Shown here in pieces: positions 25,075-34,690 of a DNA stretch of 62,974 bases (position 1 is the stretch's first letter; every line of letters begins with the position of its first letter). Origin of the DNA: Candidatus Kaiserbacteria bacterium RIFCSPHIGHO2_01_FULL_53_29 (GTDB lineage Bacteria; Patescibacteriota; Minisyncoccia; Phycocordibacterales; UBA2100); NCBI GenBank assembly GCA_001781125.1, contig MFKT01000007.1, positions 1 to 62,974 on the forward strand. Reading direction: 5' to 3'. Made by a program: the position numbers and the translations under genes. The notes under the pieces were generated by a model. That model saw only the letters and a program-made list of their open reading frames with translations. It did no database searches and had not been told where the DNA came from.

Positions 25075-26346
25075 CTATTTGCCGTTGAGGATCTCTACCG
25101 CCTTATCCATCTGCGGGTCTTTGTCGGCCTTGGCCTCTTCGTCGGTTATCTCCACTTTTACATCCGGCACTATCCCCTCTCGCGGGATCTGGATGCCGTC
25201 AGGCCCCAACCAGCGAGCCACAGTGATCTTGAGCGCGGTTTCCGGCGTGATCTTCACCAATTCCTGCACCGAGCCTTTGCCGAATGTATTAGTGCCCACA
25301 AGCTTGGCCTTGCCGTAGTAGCGCAGCGCATCGGCAAGGATCTCGGAAGCAGATGCGGAGCCATGATCGACAAGTATCACCATCTTCAGATTTTTGTTGA
25401 AAATATTGTAGCCGAGGGATCGATGTACGACATTACCCGCGTGGCCAGCATAGTCTTCCGTCACCACGACCTTCCCCAAAGGCAAAAACCAGCTCGCCAT
25501 ACTCACCGCAGCATCCAAATACCCGCCGGGATTCCCGCGCAGATCGAGCACGAGCTTCTTGTTACCCGATTCGATGAATTTTCTCAAGGCATTGCGAAAG
25601 AGATCTGGCGAATTGGAGGTGAATGTGGAAAGCGTGATAACGTAGATACCGTCGGAGCGCGTCTCTCCCGTGTGAGCGGATGTCGTTACCACGGGCACAT
25701 TGATCACATCGCGTGTCACCTTGATCTCACGTGGCGAGCTCCAGCCTTCGCGTTGCACCGTAAGCGTCACCTCCGTGCCTTTCGGGCCACGGATCTTTGA
25801 GACTGCAGCGCCGACGTCCATGCCGTGGGTCGACGTGCCGTCGATCTTCAAGATGATATCTTTGCTCTTGATACCTGCTTTGTCGGCAGGTGTGCCCTTC
25901 AAGGGCGAGACGACCGTGAGCACTTGGTCCTTGACCGCGATCTCCATTCCAACGCCCTCAAAGCTGCCGCTCATGTCGGAAGTGAATTGCTCATTTTCCT
26001 GCGGTGCCAGAAAGAAAGTATACGGATCATTGAGAGACGCCGCTAAGCCTTCCATCATGCCCCAAATGCGTTCTTGATCCTGTGCGGCAGTCGTGGTCGC
26101 GATCTTTGTTGAGGTTGCAACAGCCGCAGGCACAAATTTTTCATCAATAATATGCCACGCCTTCCACAAGGGTGAAAAATCCACACCCGGGGGCGGTCCT
26201 GCGTTGATCGAAAGACTCGCTGCATTCACGTTGGGTGCATGTCCTCCCATGAGAAACCCTCCCGCAAATGCGATACCCGCAAGGAGTATTGCGCCGATGA
26301 CCACAGAATTGATTGGAAGGGGTGTTCTCTCTTTTTCTTCGAACAT
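25075..26346 (-). CDS. Carboxy-terminal processing protease (S41) with PDZ domain
   Basis: N-terminal anchor, PDZ (GMEIAVKD...SPLKGTPADKAGIK), GNPGGYL, SASASEI. TGAGATAAT lies 6 nt before the ATG. Confidence 0.88.
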   Translation of the reverse strand: MFEEKERTPLPINSVVIGAILLAGIAFAGGFLMGGHAPNVNAASLSINAGPPPGVDFSPLWKAWHIIDEKFVPAAVATSTKIATTTAAQDQERIWGMMEGLAASLNDPYTFFLAPQENEQFTSDMSGSFEGVGMEIAVKDQVLTVVSPLKGTPADKAGIKSKDIILKIDGTSTHGMDVGAAVSKIRGPKGTEVTLTVQREGWSSPREIKVTRDVINVPVVTTSAHTGETRSDGIYVITLSTFTSNSPDLFRNALRKFIESGNKKLVLDLRGNPGGYLDAAVSMASWFLPLGKVVVTEDYAGHAGNVVHRSLGYNIFNKNLKMVILVDHGSASASEILADALRYYGKAKLVGTNTFGKGSVQELVKITPETALKITVARWLGPDGIQIPREGIVPDVKVEITDEEAKADKDPQMDKAVEILNGK

Positions 26347-26373
26347 CGAACGATTATCTCATAAACAGAGATT

Positions 26374-26448
26374 AGCCACTAGGGTCTGGGCACTGGAAAT
26401 ATTCGCCATCAACACAGTTCAACCGCTAGTGGCTAGTCGCCAGTGGCT
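26374..26448. repeat. Inverted pair of heptamer arrays (CCACTAG / CTAGTGGCT family) in the divergent ctpA/corA region
   Basis: Left arm agccactagggtctgggcactgg (26374-26396). Right arm ccgctagtggctagtcgccagtggct (26423-26448). The right arm abuts TATACT 26450-26455. Confidence 0.65.
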
Positions 26449-26461
26449 ATATACTATTCCC

Positions 26462-27373
26462 ATGCATTCGCGCTATGAACACAACGGGCTGGTCTGGATC
26501 GACCTCGAATCGCCGAGCCGCGACGAGGTGCGGGACATTATGGACCAGTTCGCTATCGCGCCGCTGATCGCCGAAGAATTGCTCCTTCCCTCGATCAAGC
26601 CGCGTGCGGAATTTTATGAGAGATACATCTACCTCGTCTTGCACTTCCCTGCGCTCCGGCACTCGCACAAAACGCGCGAACAGGAGATAGATTTTGTGGT
26701 CGGGCGCAATTTTCTCGTCACCACGCACTACGATACCATCGACCCTCTCCACAAATTCTCGAAAGTGCTCGAGGTGAATTCCGTTTTGGACAAGAGTAAT
26801 CTGGGCGACCATGCCGGATATATGTTCTTCTATATGCTGAAAAAGCTCTACCAGGCAGTGGAGCACGAAGTGGAATATGTGCGGCACGATCTCTCGGCAG
26901 TCGAGGAGCATATTTTCTCGGGCCACGAAGTAGCGATGGTCGCAGCACTTTCGGCAAGCGCTAGGGATCTTTTGAGCCTGCGGCAGCGGATCGAACCCCA
27001 CCGCGAGGTCTTGCGGGAGTTCGAAGCAGGCGGAGCGCAATTTTTCGGGGAGGATTTCAAACCGTATTTGCGTGCACTCTCCGATGAATACTATCGCGTG
27101 CACAATCATGTCATGCGCGAGACCGAATCGCTCCATGAACTGCGCGAGACCAACAACTCGCTCCTCACAACCAAGCAGAATGAAACGATGCGCATTCTTA
27201 CCATCATGGCGCTTCTTACATTTCCCCTTGCTCTCTTTGTCGCCATCTTCGATATAAATGCTAAGCACAACCCAATAATCGGCTTGCCCTACGATTTCTG
27301 GATAATTGTGGGGGCGGTCCTTGGAGCCGGAGCCATAATGCTTTGGTATTTTAGGCACAAGAAATGGCTATAG
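26462..27373 (+). CDS. corA: CorA-family divalent cation channel (non-canonical DIN instead of GMN)
   Basis: 303 aa starting MHSRYEHNGLVWIDLE, with a CorA cytoplasmic domain and two C-terminal TM helices. The part of the track ORF upstream of 26462 is antisense to ctpA. Confidence 0.85.
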   Translation: MHSRYEHNGLVWIDLESPSRDEVRDIMDQFAIAPLIAEELLLPSIKPRAEFYERYIYLVLHFPALRHSHKTREQEIDFVVGRNFLVTTHYDTIDPLHKFSKVLEVNSVLDKSNLGDHAGYMFFYMLKKLYQAVEHEVEYVRHDLSAVEEHIFSGHEVAMVAALSASARDLLSLRQRIEPHREVLREFEAGGAQFFGEDFKPYLRALSDEYYRVHNHVMRETESLHELRETNNSLLTTKQNETMRILTIMALLTFPLALFVAIFDINAKHNPIIGLPYDFWIIVGAVLGAGAIMLWYFRHKKWL

Positions 27374-27380
27374 AATAGAT

Positions 27381-27408
27381 TTCAGGTGTCAGGTTCCAGC
27401 TTTCAGAT
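27381..27408 (+). repeat. Single heptamer array in the cysS leader
   Basis: ttcaggt gtcaggt tccagct ttcagat. Close to the reverse complement of the right arm at 3900-3925. Lies between TAGAAT (27371-27376) and ATG 27414. Confidence 0.6.
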
Positions 27409-27413
27409 GCAAC

Positions 27414-28904
27414 ATGTCTTGGTTCAAACAACTATTCGGAAAAAAGGAAGTACTCCAAACTCCGTTGTTCTTTTTTAATACCTTAGGGAAAGAAAAACAA
27501 CTGTTTGAAGCGGCACCTCATACAAAAGAGGTGCGCATGTACAACTGCGGCCCCACCGTCTACGGCCGCCAGCATATCGGCAACCTTTCCATGTTCGTCT
27601 TTACCGATACCCTCCGGCATACACTCGAGTACAACGACTTCAAGGTCAAACAAGTCATCAACTTCACCGATTTCGGACATCTTTCCTCGGACGCCGATGA
27701 AGGGGAAGACAAAATGACCAAGGGCCTCAAGCGCGAAGGCCTTGCACCGACCCTCGATAATATGCGCGCACTCGGAGAAAAGTATGCAAATCTTTTTCTT
27801 GAAGACATACGCGCACTGAATATCGAGGTCGACAAAGTAACCTTTCCACGTGCGAGTGATTTCATCCCTGCACAGATCGCGATGATAAAAGCGCTGGAAG
27901 AAAAAGGCTACGCGTACAAGACAAAGCGCGGAGTCTATTTCGACACGTCGCGTTTTCCCGACTACGGCAAACTCGGAAATATAAACTTGGAAGGTCAGAA
28001 AGAGGGAGCACGCATCGGCAAGGATCCGGAAAAGCGAAATCCCATCGATTTCTTGCTTTGGAAGAATGACAAGAAACTCGGTTGGGATTCGCCGTGGGGG
28101 AAAGGATTTCCGGGATGGCACATCGAATGTTCCGCGATGATACGCGCGACTCTAGGGCTCCAGATAGACATCCATACCGGCGGTATCGAACACATTCCGG
28201 TGCACCACAACAATGAGATTGCCCAGTCGGAGAGCGCGACCGGCAAAAAGCCGCTTGCACGATTTTGGCTCCATCGCGCGCACCTGCAGCTGGAGGGTGC
28301 GAAGATCGCAAAATCCGAAGGCAATGTCGTGTACCTCTCCGACATCATCGAACGCGGATTCCATCCCCTCTCGCTGCGATACCTTCTCCTAAGCGCCCAC
28401 TACCGCACCAGCGCCAATTTCACGTGGGAGGCTCTCGGTGCCGCGCAGACTGCTTACGCCAAACTCCTTGCCATGAGGCTGAAAAGCCAAAAGGTGTCAC
28501 CTCCTGGATTCTCCCAAACAACGTTAGCGTGGAAGCAAAAATTTACCGAACGTATCAACGATGACCTCGATACCCCCGGAGCGCTTGCAGTCCTTTGGGA
28601 GATGACGAAAGATGAAGAACTTCCGTCCGAAGAACTCCTCGCGGCGCTTCTCGATTTCGACAGCGTTCTTGGACTCAACTTGAGTGAACCGGATGAAGCG
28701 GCGAGAAGGTTGGCCGCCACAGAAACGAAAAAGGAAATTACCCTCGATTCCCTGCCGGAGGATATCCGCACTCTCATCAAAGAACGCGAAGAAGCGCGCG
28801 AGAATAAAGATTGGCCGCGCGCCGATGAACTGCGAACAAAAATCGAGAACCTTGGTTACGCCCTAGAGGACAGCGCGTCCGGCACACGTGTTTTCGAGCC
28901 ATGA
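27414..28904 (+). CDS. cysS: Cysteine--tRNA ligase
   Basis: MYNCGPTVYGRQHIGN (HIGH), WHIECSAM, KIAKSEGN (KMSKS-like). Confidence 0.93.
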   Translation: MSWFKQLFGKKEVLQTPLFFFNTLGKEKQLFEAAPHTKEVRMYNCGPTVYGRQHIGNLSMFVFTDTLRHTLEYNDFKVKQVINFTDFGHLSSDADEGEDKMTKGLKREGLAPTLDNMRALGEKYANLFLEDIRALNIEVDKVTFPRASDFIPAQIAMIKALEEKGYAYKTKRGVYFDTSRFPDYGKLGNINLEGQKEGARIGKDPEKRNPIDFLLWKNDKKLGWDSPWGKGFPGWHIECSAMIRATLGLQIDIHTGGIEHIPVHHNNEIAQSESATGKKPLARFWLHRAHLQLEGAKIAKSEGNVVYLSDIIERGFHPLSLRYLLLSAHYRTSANFTWEALGAAQTAYAKLLAMRLKSQKVSPPGFSQTTLAWKQKFTERINDDLDTPGALAVLWEMTKDEELPSEELLAALLDFDSVLGLNLSEPDEAARRLAATETKKEITLDSLPEDIRTLIKEREEARENKDWPRADELRTKIENLGYALEDSASGTRVFEP

Positions 28905-28969
28905 CCATGCACGAGCCGATATTCCCGAATTGCGCGATAGCGCACGAAATGGAATATCGTTCATTCATT

Positions 28970-31900
28970 CTACACAACGAAATTCACCAATCGGCCAGGC
29001 ACGACAATGGTGCGGAGAATCTCTTTCCCTTCCAACCGTGCAGCAACCGTCGCACGCGCTGCCTTTTCAATCGCCTCCTTATCTGCGTCGGCCGGTACTT
29101 GTACATCGGCGCGGACCTTACCGTTGATCTGGATCGCGATAGTGATACTTTCATTGACCAATTTCGCCGGATCAAATGTGGGCCATTGTTCGACATGGAT
29201 AGACGTTTTACGACGTTCGCGCCAAAGCTCCTCGGTAAGATGCGGAGCGAAGGGCGACAAGAGTCTTAAGAATTGCTCCCATTGGGTCTTGCCGAGCTTC
29301 TTCTCTTTTTCTACGCCGTTCAAGAAGATCATGAGTTGACTGATCGCGGTATTGAATTTGAGCGCGGCAATATCCTCGCCCACCTTCTTTATGCTCTTAT
29401 GGAGAAGTGGGTCAAGCGCTGCGACACTGGCCGGATTTACGTATTCGCTCGCGCGACACACTCGTTCGAGGAAACGCCGAATACCAACGACACCATCTGG
29501 ATTCCACGGGTAACTTGCGACCTCGTTGTATGGGCCGATAAAGGCAAGGTACATGCGCACAGTGTCGGCACCGAGTTGTTCAACGAGTTTATCCGGGTCG
29601 GCTACATTGCCGTGCGATTTGCTCATCTTTTGTCCGTCGGGACCCAAGATTACGCCGTGGTTCATGCGACGTAGATACGGTTCGGCGTCTTTCACCAATC
29701 CGAGGTCGAAGAGCGCTTTGTGCCAGAAGCGCGAATATAAGAGGTGCATCGTCGTGTGCTCTGCACCTCCGGAATAGAGATCGACCGGCATCCAGTTCGC
29801 CATCTTTTTCGCGTCAGCAAATTTCTTTTTGTTCTTCGGGTCGGTGTAACGCAAGAAATACCACGAAGAATCGACGAATGTATCGAGCGTATCGGTCTCT
29901 CGCTCTGCCTTTCCGCCACATACTGGACATTGGATGTCCAACCACTTACGAGCTTTCGCAAGGGGCGACTTTCCTGTTCCTTCCGGAAGATAGTCTTTTA
30001 CCTCCGGAAGCTTCACCGGCAGATCCTTGTCGGGCACGGCGACTACTCCGCATTTGGGGCAATGGATCATCGGGATGGGCACGCCCCAATATCGCTGGCG
30101 CGAGATTATCCAATCCCGTAAATGATACTGCTTCACGACGCGACCGAACTTTGCCCCAACCTTCGGAATCGCCTCGTCGCTCGTAAGTCCGTTAAATTCT
30201 CCAGAATCAAAGAGCATCCCTTTCCCCGCGTAACACATCTCGCCGTGTACGCGACTCCAAGCGATACGCATATCCTCCCGATTTATAAAAGCGTCGAATT
30301 CTTCCTTGGTGAGCCATGAAATATCGTGCTCTTCTTTCTCTTTGGGAGAAATTTCTGCGCGTGCTTCGTCTTCAAGCTGGAACAAAAGCGGCGTAAAGTG
30401 CACGAACAAATTGCCGTATTTCTGACTGTAGTATTTGGAATGAATAGGTCCCCCGAGTTTCCGGATAAATCTCGCGTGTTCATATCCGGTTTCTTCTGCT
30501 ATCTCGCGTTTCGCCGCTGCAATAGGATCCTCCGCTCCGTCAACCCCGCCCGAGACCCCTCCTCTTACGTCCGTAGGCTTGAAACGTACCGCAAGATATT
30601 TTTCCTCGGACCAGTGTTTTACGATGGCGAGGATCGAAGAGCGATCAATTGCCGGTTCTTTGGTGTGAAAAGCGTCAGGTCCGGCCCCTTGAACGACTAC
30701 GGGCTCCAGCGTTTCCTTGAGCGGAATGTCGTACTTCTTTGCAAAGGCATAGTCGCGCTCGTCGTGCGCATCAGCAAATACCGCTCCAGTACCATAACTC
30801 CCGATAACGAAATCCGCGACCCAGAGCGGCATTTCCGCGCCCGTCGTGGGATTGATTGCTTTGACACCTTTGAGCTCTACTCCCGTTTTTTCTTTATCGT
30901 CAGTTTGCCGTTCGAGTTCTGTCTTCTTTTTTGCTTTTTCGACATATGCTTTCACTTCAGCTTTATTTGTAAGCACATCGTGTTTGTCATCTATCGCGAG
31001 CGCGACCCATGGGTGCTCGGGTGCCAACACCAAATATGTGCCGCCGAATAGTGTGTCGGCGCGTGTGGTGAAAACGGTAATGTGTGGAAGAAGACTCATT
31101 AAAATCATTGGTTCTTCCTTACCGAAGAAATGTTCCTCGCTGGCATTTCCCTCAATCAGAGCAACTCCAAGTTTTTGCGCCACAGTTTTGAGATATGGTA
31201 CGCGGGGAGCGCCTTCTTGGAGATCGCAAAGTACCGCAGAAAAGCGAACGAGCTTTTTGATTCGTTCATAATCAATATCCCAGTTGAAGTGTTTCCAGAA
31301 GGGACGTTTTTTCGCTCCTTGGACCGATGGATTCATTGCGGGAGCAACAAGAACTAGCCCAGCGATAGGCCTGTTGATTTTTTCTAAGACTTTAAGTGCT
31401 ACGGCTCCGCCAAGACTATGCCCAACGATAATAGTATGTTCGTCAATGGTGCAGGTATTTAAGACGTCTGCAACTTGTTTGATTTCTTTTGGGTTCTCAG
31501 GGTTGGGAAGATTTGGTGCCTGTACTTCGAAACCCTTCTCCTCAAGAGCTTTCTTAAGCCAAGGGATAAAAGCGCCGGCGGCAGAATCCTTATACCAACC
31601 ATGCAAAATGAGATAGTTCGGCTTCGGACCGTTCTTTTTCTCAAATTCAAGAGGAAAATTTATCTCCGCTCCTTCGCTCCTCCCTATCCAGTTGCGCTGC
31701 GAATCTTTGATCTCTTTTGGCCAATCGAGGGGCTCGAGGTCGTCGATGAGCCGGTCGGCGTAGTCGGTGATCTTGATGTTCCACTGGAGCATATTCCGCT
31801 GCACCACCTCACTGTCGCAGCGCTCGCATTTGCCGTTCACCACCTGCTCGTTGGCGAGCACCGTCTTATCCTTCGGACACCAATTGACCGCGGTTTCTTT

Positions 31901-32383
31901 GCGGTAAACGAGACCTTTTTTGAAGAGCTGGAGAAAAAGCCACTGCGTCCATTTGTAATAGGCAGGATCACAGGTGACGACTTTGCGCGACCAATCGAAC
32001 GACGTACCCATCGATTCGATCTGCTTCGTCATATAGGCGATATTTTTCTCCGTCCATGTGCGCGGATTTAGTTTGTTTTTGATAGCGGCATTTTCGGCTG
32101 GCAATCCAAATGCATCGAATCCTATCGGGTACATCACATTTTTGCCCTGCATCCGAAGTGTGCGGGCAAGGATATCCGGCACCGCAAATGCATACCAGTG
32201 CCCTACGTGGAGGTTGCCCGAAGGGTACGGGAACTCAACGAGAAGATGGAAATTCTCTTTCTTGCCCTCCTTGGCTTTAGCGGCGGAGGGGCCCTTGGCC
32301 TTGTCTGGGGTTTTGTAGAGGCTGGTCTTTTTCCAGCGCGCCTGCCACTTTCGTTCAATGGCTTTATGATCGTATTTTTTCAT
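28970..32383 (-). CDS. leuS: Leucine--tRNA ligase with two inserted domains (serine alpha/beta-hydrolase and Nudix)
   Basis: HVGH and KMSKS motifs. CP1 editing motifs TTRADT and GTGAVFADAHDERDY. Insert 1 (aa ~245-432): LILHGW...VGHSLGG...LVLVAP. Insert 2 (aa ~575-718): Nudix box GGVDGAEDPIAAAKREIAEETGY. 1137 aa in total. Confidence 0.95.
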   Translation of the reverse strand: MKKYDHKAIERKWQARWKKTSLYKTPDKAKGPSAAKAKEGKKENFHLLVEFPYPSGNLHVGHWYAFAVPDILARTLRMQGKNVMYPIGFDAFGLPAENAAIKNKLNPRTWTEKNIAYMTKQIESMGTSFDWSRKVVTCDPAYYKWTQWLFLQLFKKGLVYRKETAVNWCPKDKTVLANEQVVNGKCERCDSEVVQRNMLQWNIKITDYADRLIDDLEPLDWPKEIKDSQRNWIGRSEGAEINFPLEFEKKNGPKPNYLILHGWYKDSAAGAFIPWLKKALEEKGFEVQAPNLPNPENPKEIKQVADVLNTCTIDEHTIIVGHSLGGAVALKVLEKINRPIAGLVLVAPAMNPSVQGAKKRPFWKHFNWDIDYERIKKLVRFSAVLCDLQEGAPRVPYLKTVAQKLGVALIEGNASEEHFFGKEEPMILMSLLPHITVFTTRADTLFGGTYLVLAPEHPWVALAIDDKHDVLTNKAEVKAYVEKAKKKTELERQTDDKEKTGVELKGVKAINPTTGAEMPLWVADFVIGSYGTGAVFADAHDERDYAFAKKYDIPLKETLEPVVVQGAGPDAFHTKEPAIDRSSILAIVKHWSEEKYLAVRFKPTDVRGGVSGGVDGAEDPIAAAKREIAEETGYEHARFIRKLGGPIHSKYYSQKYGNLFVHFTPLLFQLEDEARAEISPKEKEEHDISWLTKEEFDAFINREDMRIAWSRVHGEMCYAGKGMLFDSGEFNGLTSDEAIPKVGAKFGRVVKQYHLRDWIISRQRYWGVPIPMIHCPKCGVVAVPDKDLPVKLPEVKDYLPEGTGKSPLAKARKWLDIQCPVCGGKAERETDTLDTFVDSSWYFLRYTDPKNKKKFADAKKMANWMPVDLYSGGAEHTTMHLLYSRFWHKALFDLGLVKDAEPYLRRMNHGVILGPDGQKMSKSHGNVADPDKLVEQLGADTVRMYLAFIGPYNEVASYPWNPDGVVGIRRFLERVCRASEYVNPASVAALDPLLHKSIKKVGEDIAALKFNTAISQLMIFLNGVEKEKKLGKTQWEQFLRLLSPFAPHLTEELWRERRKTSIHVEQWPTFDPAKLVNESITIAIQINGKVRADVQVPADADKEAIEKAARATVAARLEGKEILRTIVVPGRLVNFVV

Positions 32384-32505
32384 ATGATTTTTGCTTGCCC
32401 GTCCGAAGCTTTAGCGAAGGAGGGCCATTTTTTCTCTATTTTTGTATGGTCGTACGCTCGCATATCAGCGTAGCCTATCATGCGACAGACGCGGAGAAAA
32501 CGTCT

Positions 32506-33495
32506 CTAGAAACCCGCGGTTTTTGGATACGGAGGGTAGCGCTCCGGGTCGATGATCCGTTCAAAACAGGCCTCCCCTGCTCCATGCTGCCAGCTGTCTT
32601 GAATAGGTGTGCCCGCGCTCACAGGCTCCATCGGTTTCGCCGTTGGACGATAGGGACCACCTTCCATGCTATCGCCCGCGTTTGCGAACGTCGCGCACAA
32701 CTTGAAAGCCATTTTGCCAGTGGTCTCGTAGGAGTATTGCGCCTTGGTCTGGGGATCCACGGGGAGCATGTTGTTCGTTATCGGATCGTTGAGTTCGGCG
32801 AGGGAAACCGGCAACTTTTCCTTCTGCTGCCAGTAATTCACGATCTGATATTGGATGTTTTGGAGGTCCTGCACGCGTATCGCGTCCTGCTTTTTCTCGC
32901 GCATTTGCTGCGGCGTTCCGAGAATGAAAAATCCGGCGATTATCGTAATGAGGACCACAGCTCCAACGGCATAGTTCACCATGCGAGCGCGCATGGGCTC
33001 GCGGTCCCAGTAGCCACGAAGGTCGGCGAGGAAATGCATGAAGCCAAGGCCCGTGACGAGCAGCACCGTCAACACCTTGAGGAGAAAGCCGGTCGTGAGG
33101 TCTTCCCCTTGCAGGAATGTGTTGAGAAGTATGATGAGATCAACGACCATGGTTGCTCCCGCGAGGAAGAGCGTGAGGAAGAGCGCCCAGCGGCGTACCC
33201 ACACTTCCCGGCGCGAATGATCGTGCGCCATGTCGTTGCGGATAACGCGCATCAAGATCAGGAAGACCGGCGTAAGCACGATGAGCGCGGCCATTTCGTA
33301 GCTTACGCTCGTAGAATAACCGCTGTAGTACGAATATGAATCTGTTACCGGATTCGGGAAGGCGTGGTTAATGTAGTCGAATATCAGATTAATGAAAGCT
33401 ATGACACCCGCGTAGAGTGTCACCATCGCGCCTACCCAGAGCACAAAATCCTTCGGAGTTACCTTTGTTTTGTCCATATAGCGGAAGTATACCAC
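32506..33495 (-). CDS. Hypothetical multi-pass membrane protein with extracytoplasmic C-terminal domain
   Basis: 329 aa. The N-terminal TM bundle resembles the DUF5671-type pattern common in CPR genomes; this is from memory, not from a search. Confidence 0.5.
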   Translation of the reverse strand: MVYFRYMDKTKVTPKDFVLWVGAMVTLYAGVIAFINLIFDYINHAFPNPVTDSYSYYSGYSTSVSYEMAALIVLTPVFLILMRVIRNDMAHDHSRREVWVRRWALFLTLFLAGATMVVDLIILLNTFLQGEDLTTGFLLKVLTVLLVTGLGFMHFLADLRGYWDREPMRARMVNYAVGAVVLITIIAGFFILGTPQQMREKKQDAIRVQDLQNIQYQIVNYWQQKEKLPVSLAELNDPITNNMLPVDPQTKAQYSYETTGKMAFKLCATFANAGDSMEGGPYRPTAKPMEPVSAGTPIQDSWQHGAGEACFERIIDPERYPPYPKTAGF

Positions 33496-33557
33496 TAAAT
33501 CTTAAACCCCATCACCCCAGTACCACACGCTTCGCGTGGCTACGGGGCAGGCATCCC

Positions 33558-34655
33558 TTACACTTTAAACTCCATAACATCTCCGTCGTTAACAACGTAT
33601 TCACGGCCTTCTGTACGAACGAGTCCTTTTTCGCGGGCTTTGGCCCAAGAGCCCTCCTTCAGAAGGACGTCCCAACGGATGACGTCGGCGCGGATGAATT
33701 TGTCGCGGAAGTCGGTGTGAATCGCGGCTCCTGCCTCCGGCGCCGTAGAGCCCCTACGAATAGTCCACGCGCGGCTTTCTTTCTCGCCCGTCGTGAGGAA
33801 TGAAATGAGGTCGAGAAGCTTGTAGCCGGCTTTGATGAGGTCGTCGAGCCCGTCGTTCGATACTCCAAGCTCGCGGCGGAAATCCGCGCGCTCGTCGTCG
33901 TGCACGTCGGAGAGGTCGCTTTCCACACCTGCGTCAACCACCACAGAATCCGCTCCCGAAGAATCGAGGAACTCTTTCAGTTGCCGCCAGCGCTCACCCC
34001 CCTCCGCATCCACATTGACCGTGCCGCTCTTCCTATTGAGCACATAAAGAACGGGCTTCATCGTGAGCAAATGCAGGCCCTTTGCCGCAAGCTGCTCCTT
34101 CGTGTCGAGCACTAAGGTCCGCGCAGCCTTTCCAGATTGGAGAACAGGTACTATCTTGCGCAGCACATCGCGTTCGGCAAGAAGTTCCTTTTCTCCGCTT
34201 TTCGAATCGCGTTCAACGCGCTCAAGTCGCTTCTCTGCTGTCTGCATATCAGCGAGAACGAGCTCCATGTCGATAATTTCGATATCATGGACCGGATCGA
34301 CGTGCCCCGCGACATGGTGCACATCCTCATCGTCGAACATGCGCACGACCTCGGCGATAGCATCGGTTTCACGGATGTGCGTGAGAAATTGATTACCAAG
34401 TCCCTCCCCTTGCGAGGCACCCTTTACCAAGCCTGCAATGTCTACGAACTCCACCGCTGCGGGCACTTTCTTTTCCGAATGCGACATCTCCGCGAGCTTG
34501 TCGAGACGAAAATCCGGTACCGCAACGACCCCCACATTCGGATCAATCGTATTAAAAGGATAATTCTCCGCCGGCACCCCTTTCTTGGTCAATGCATTAA
34601 AAAGCGTCGATTTGCCAACATTAGGTAATCCAACTATACCGATACAAACAGACAT
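33558..34655 (-). CDS. ychF: Ribosome-binding ATPase YchF
   Basis: GIVGLPNVGKSTLFNALT P-loop and a C-terminal TGS-like domain (AWTIRRGSTAPEAGAAIHTDF). Confidence 0.93.
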   Translation of the reverse strand: MSVCIGIVGLPNVGKSTLFNALTKKGVPAENYPFNTIDPNVGVVAVPDFRLDKLAEMSHSEKKVPAAVEFVDIAGLVKGASQGEGLGNQFLTHIRETDAIAEVVRMFDDEDVHHVAGHVDPVHDIEIIDMELVLADMQTAEKRLERVERDSKSGEKELLAERDVLRKIVPVLQSGKAARTLVLDTKEQLAAKGLHLLTMKPVLYVLNRKSGTVNVDAEGGERWRQLKEFLDSSGADSVVVDAGVESDLSDVHDDERADFRRELGVSNDGLDDLIKAGYKLLDLISFLTTGEKESRAWTIRRGSTAPEAGAAIHTDFRDKFIRADVIRWDVLLKEGSWAKAREKGLVRTEGREYVVNDGDVMEFKV

Positions 34656-34690
34656 CCGAGCATCCTAGCTGAAAATTGGCATTCAAGCCA

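Noticed and set aside
26093-26461. The N-terminal 123 codons of the 426-aa track ORF that contains corA.
   Set aside because: This part is antisense to the ctpA-like 5' end and crosses the repeat array. The CorA homology starts at MHSRYEHNG (ATG 26462), which has a TATACT box 6 nt upstream.
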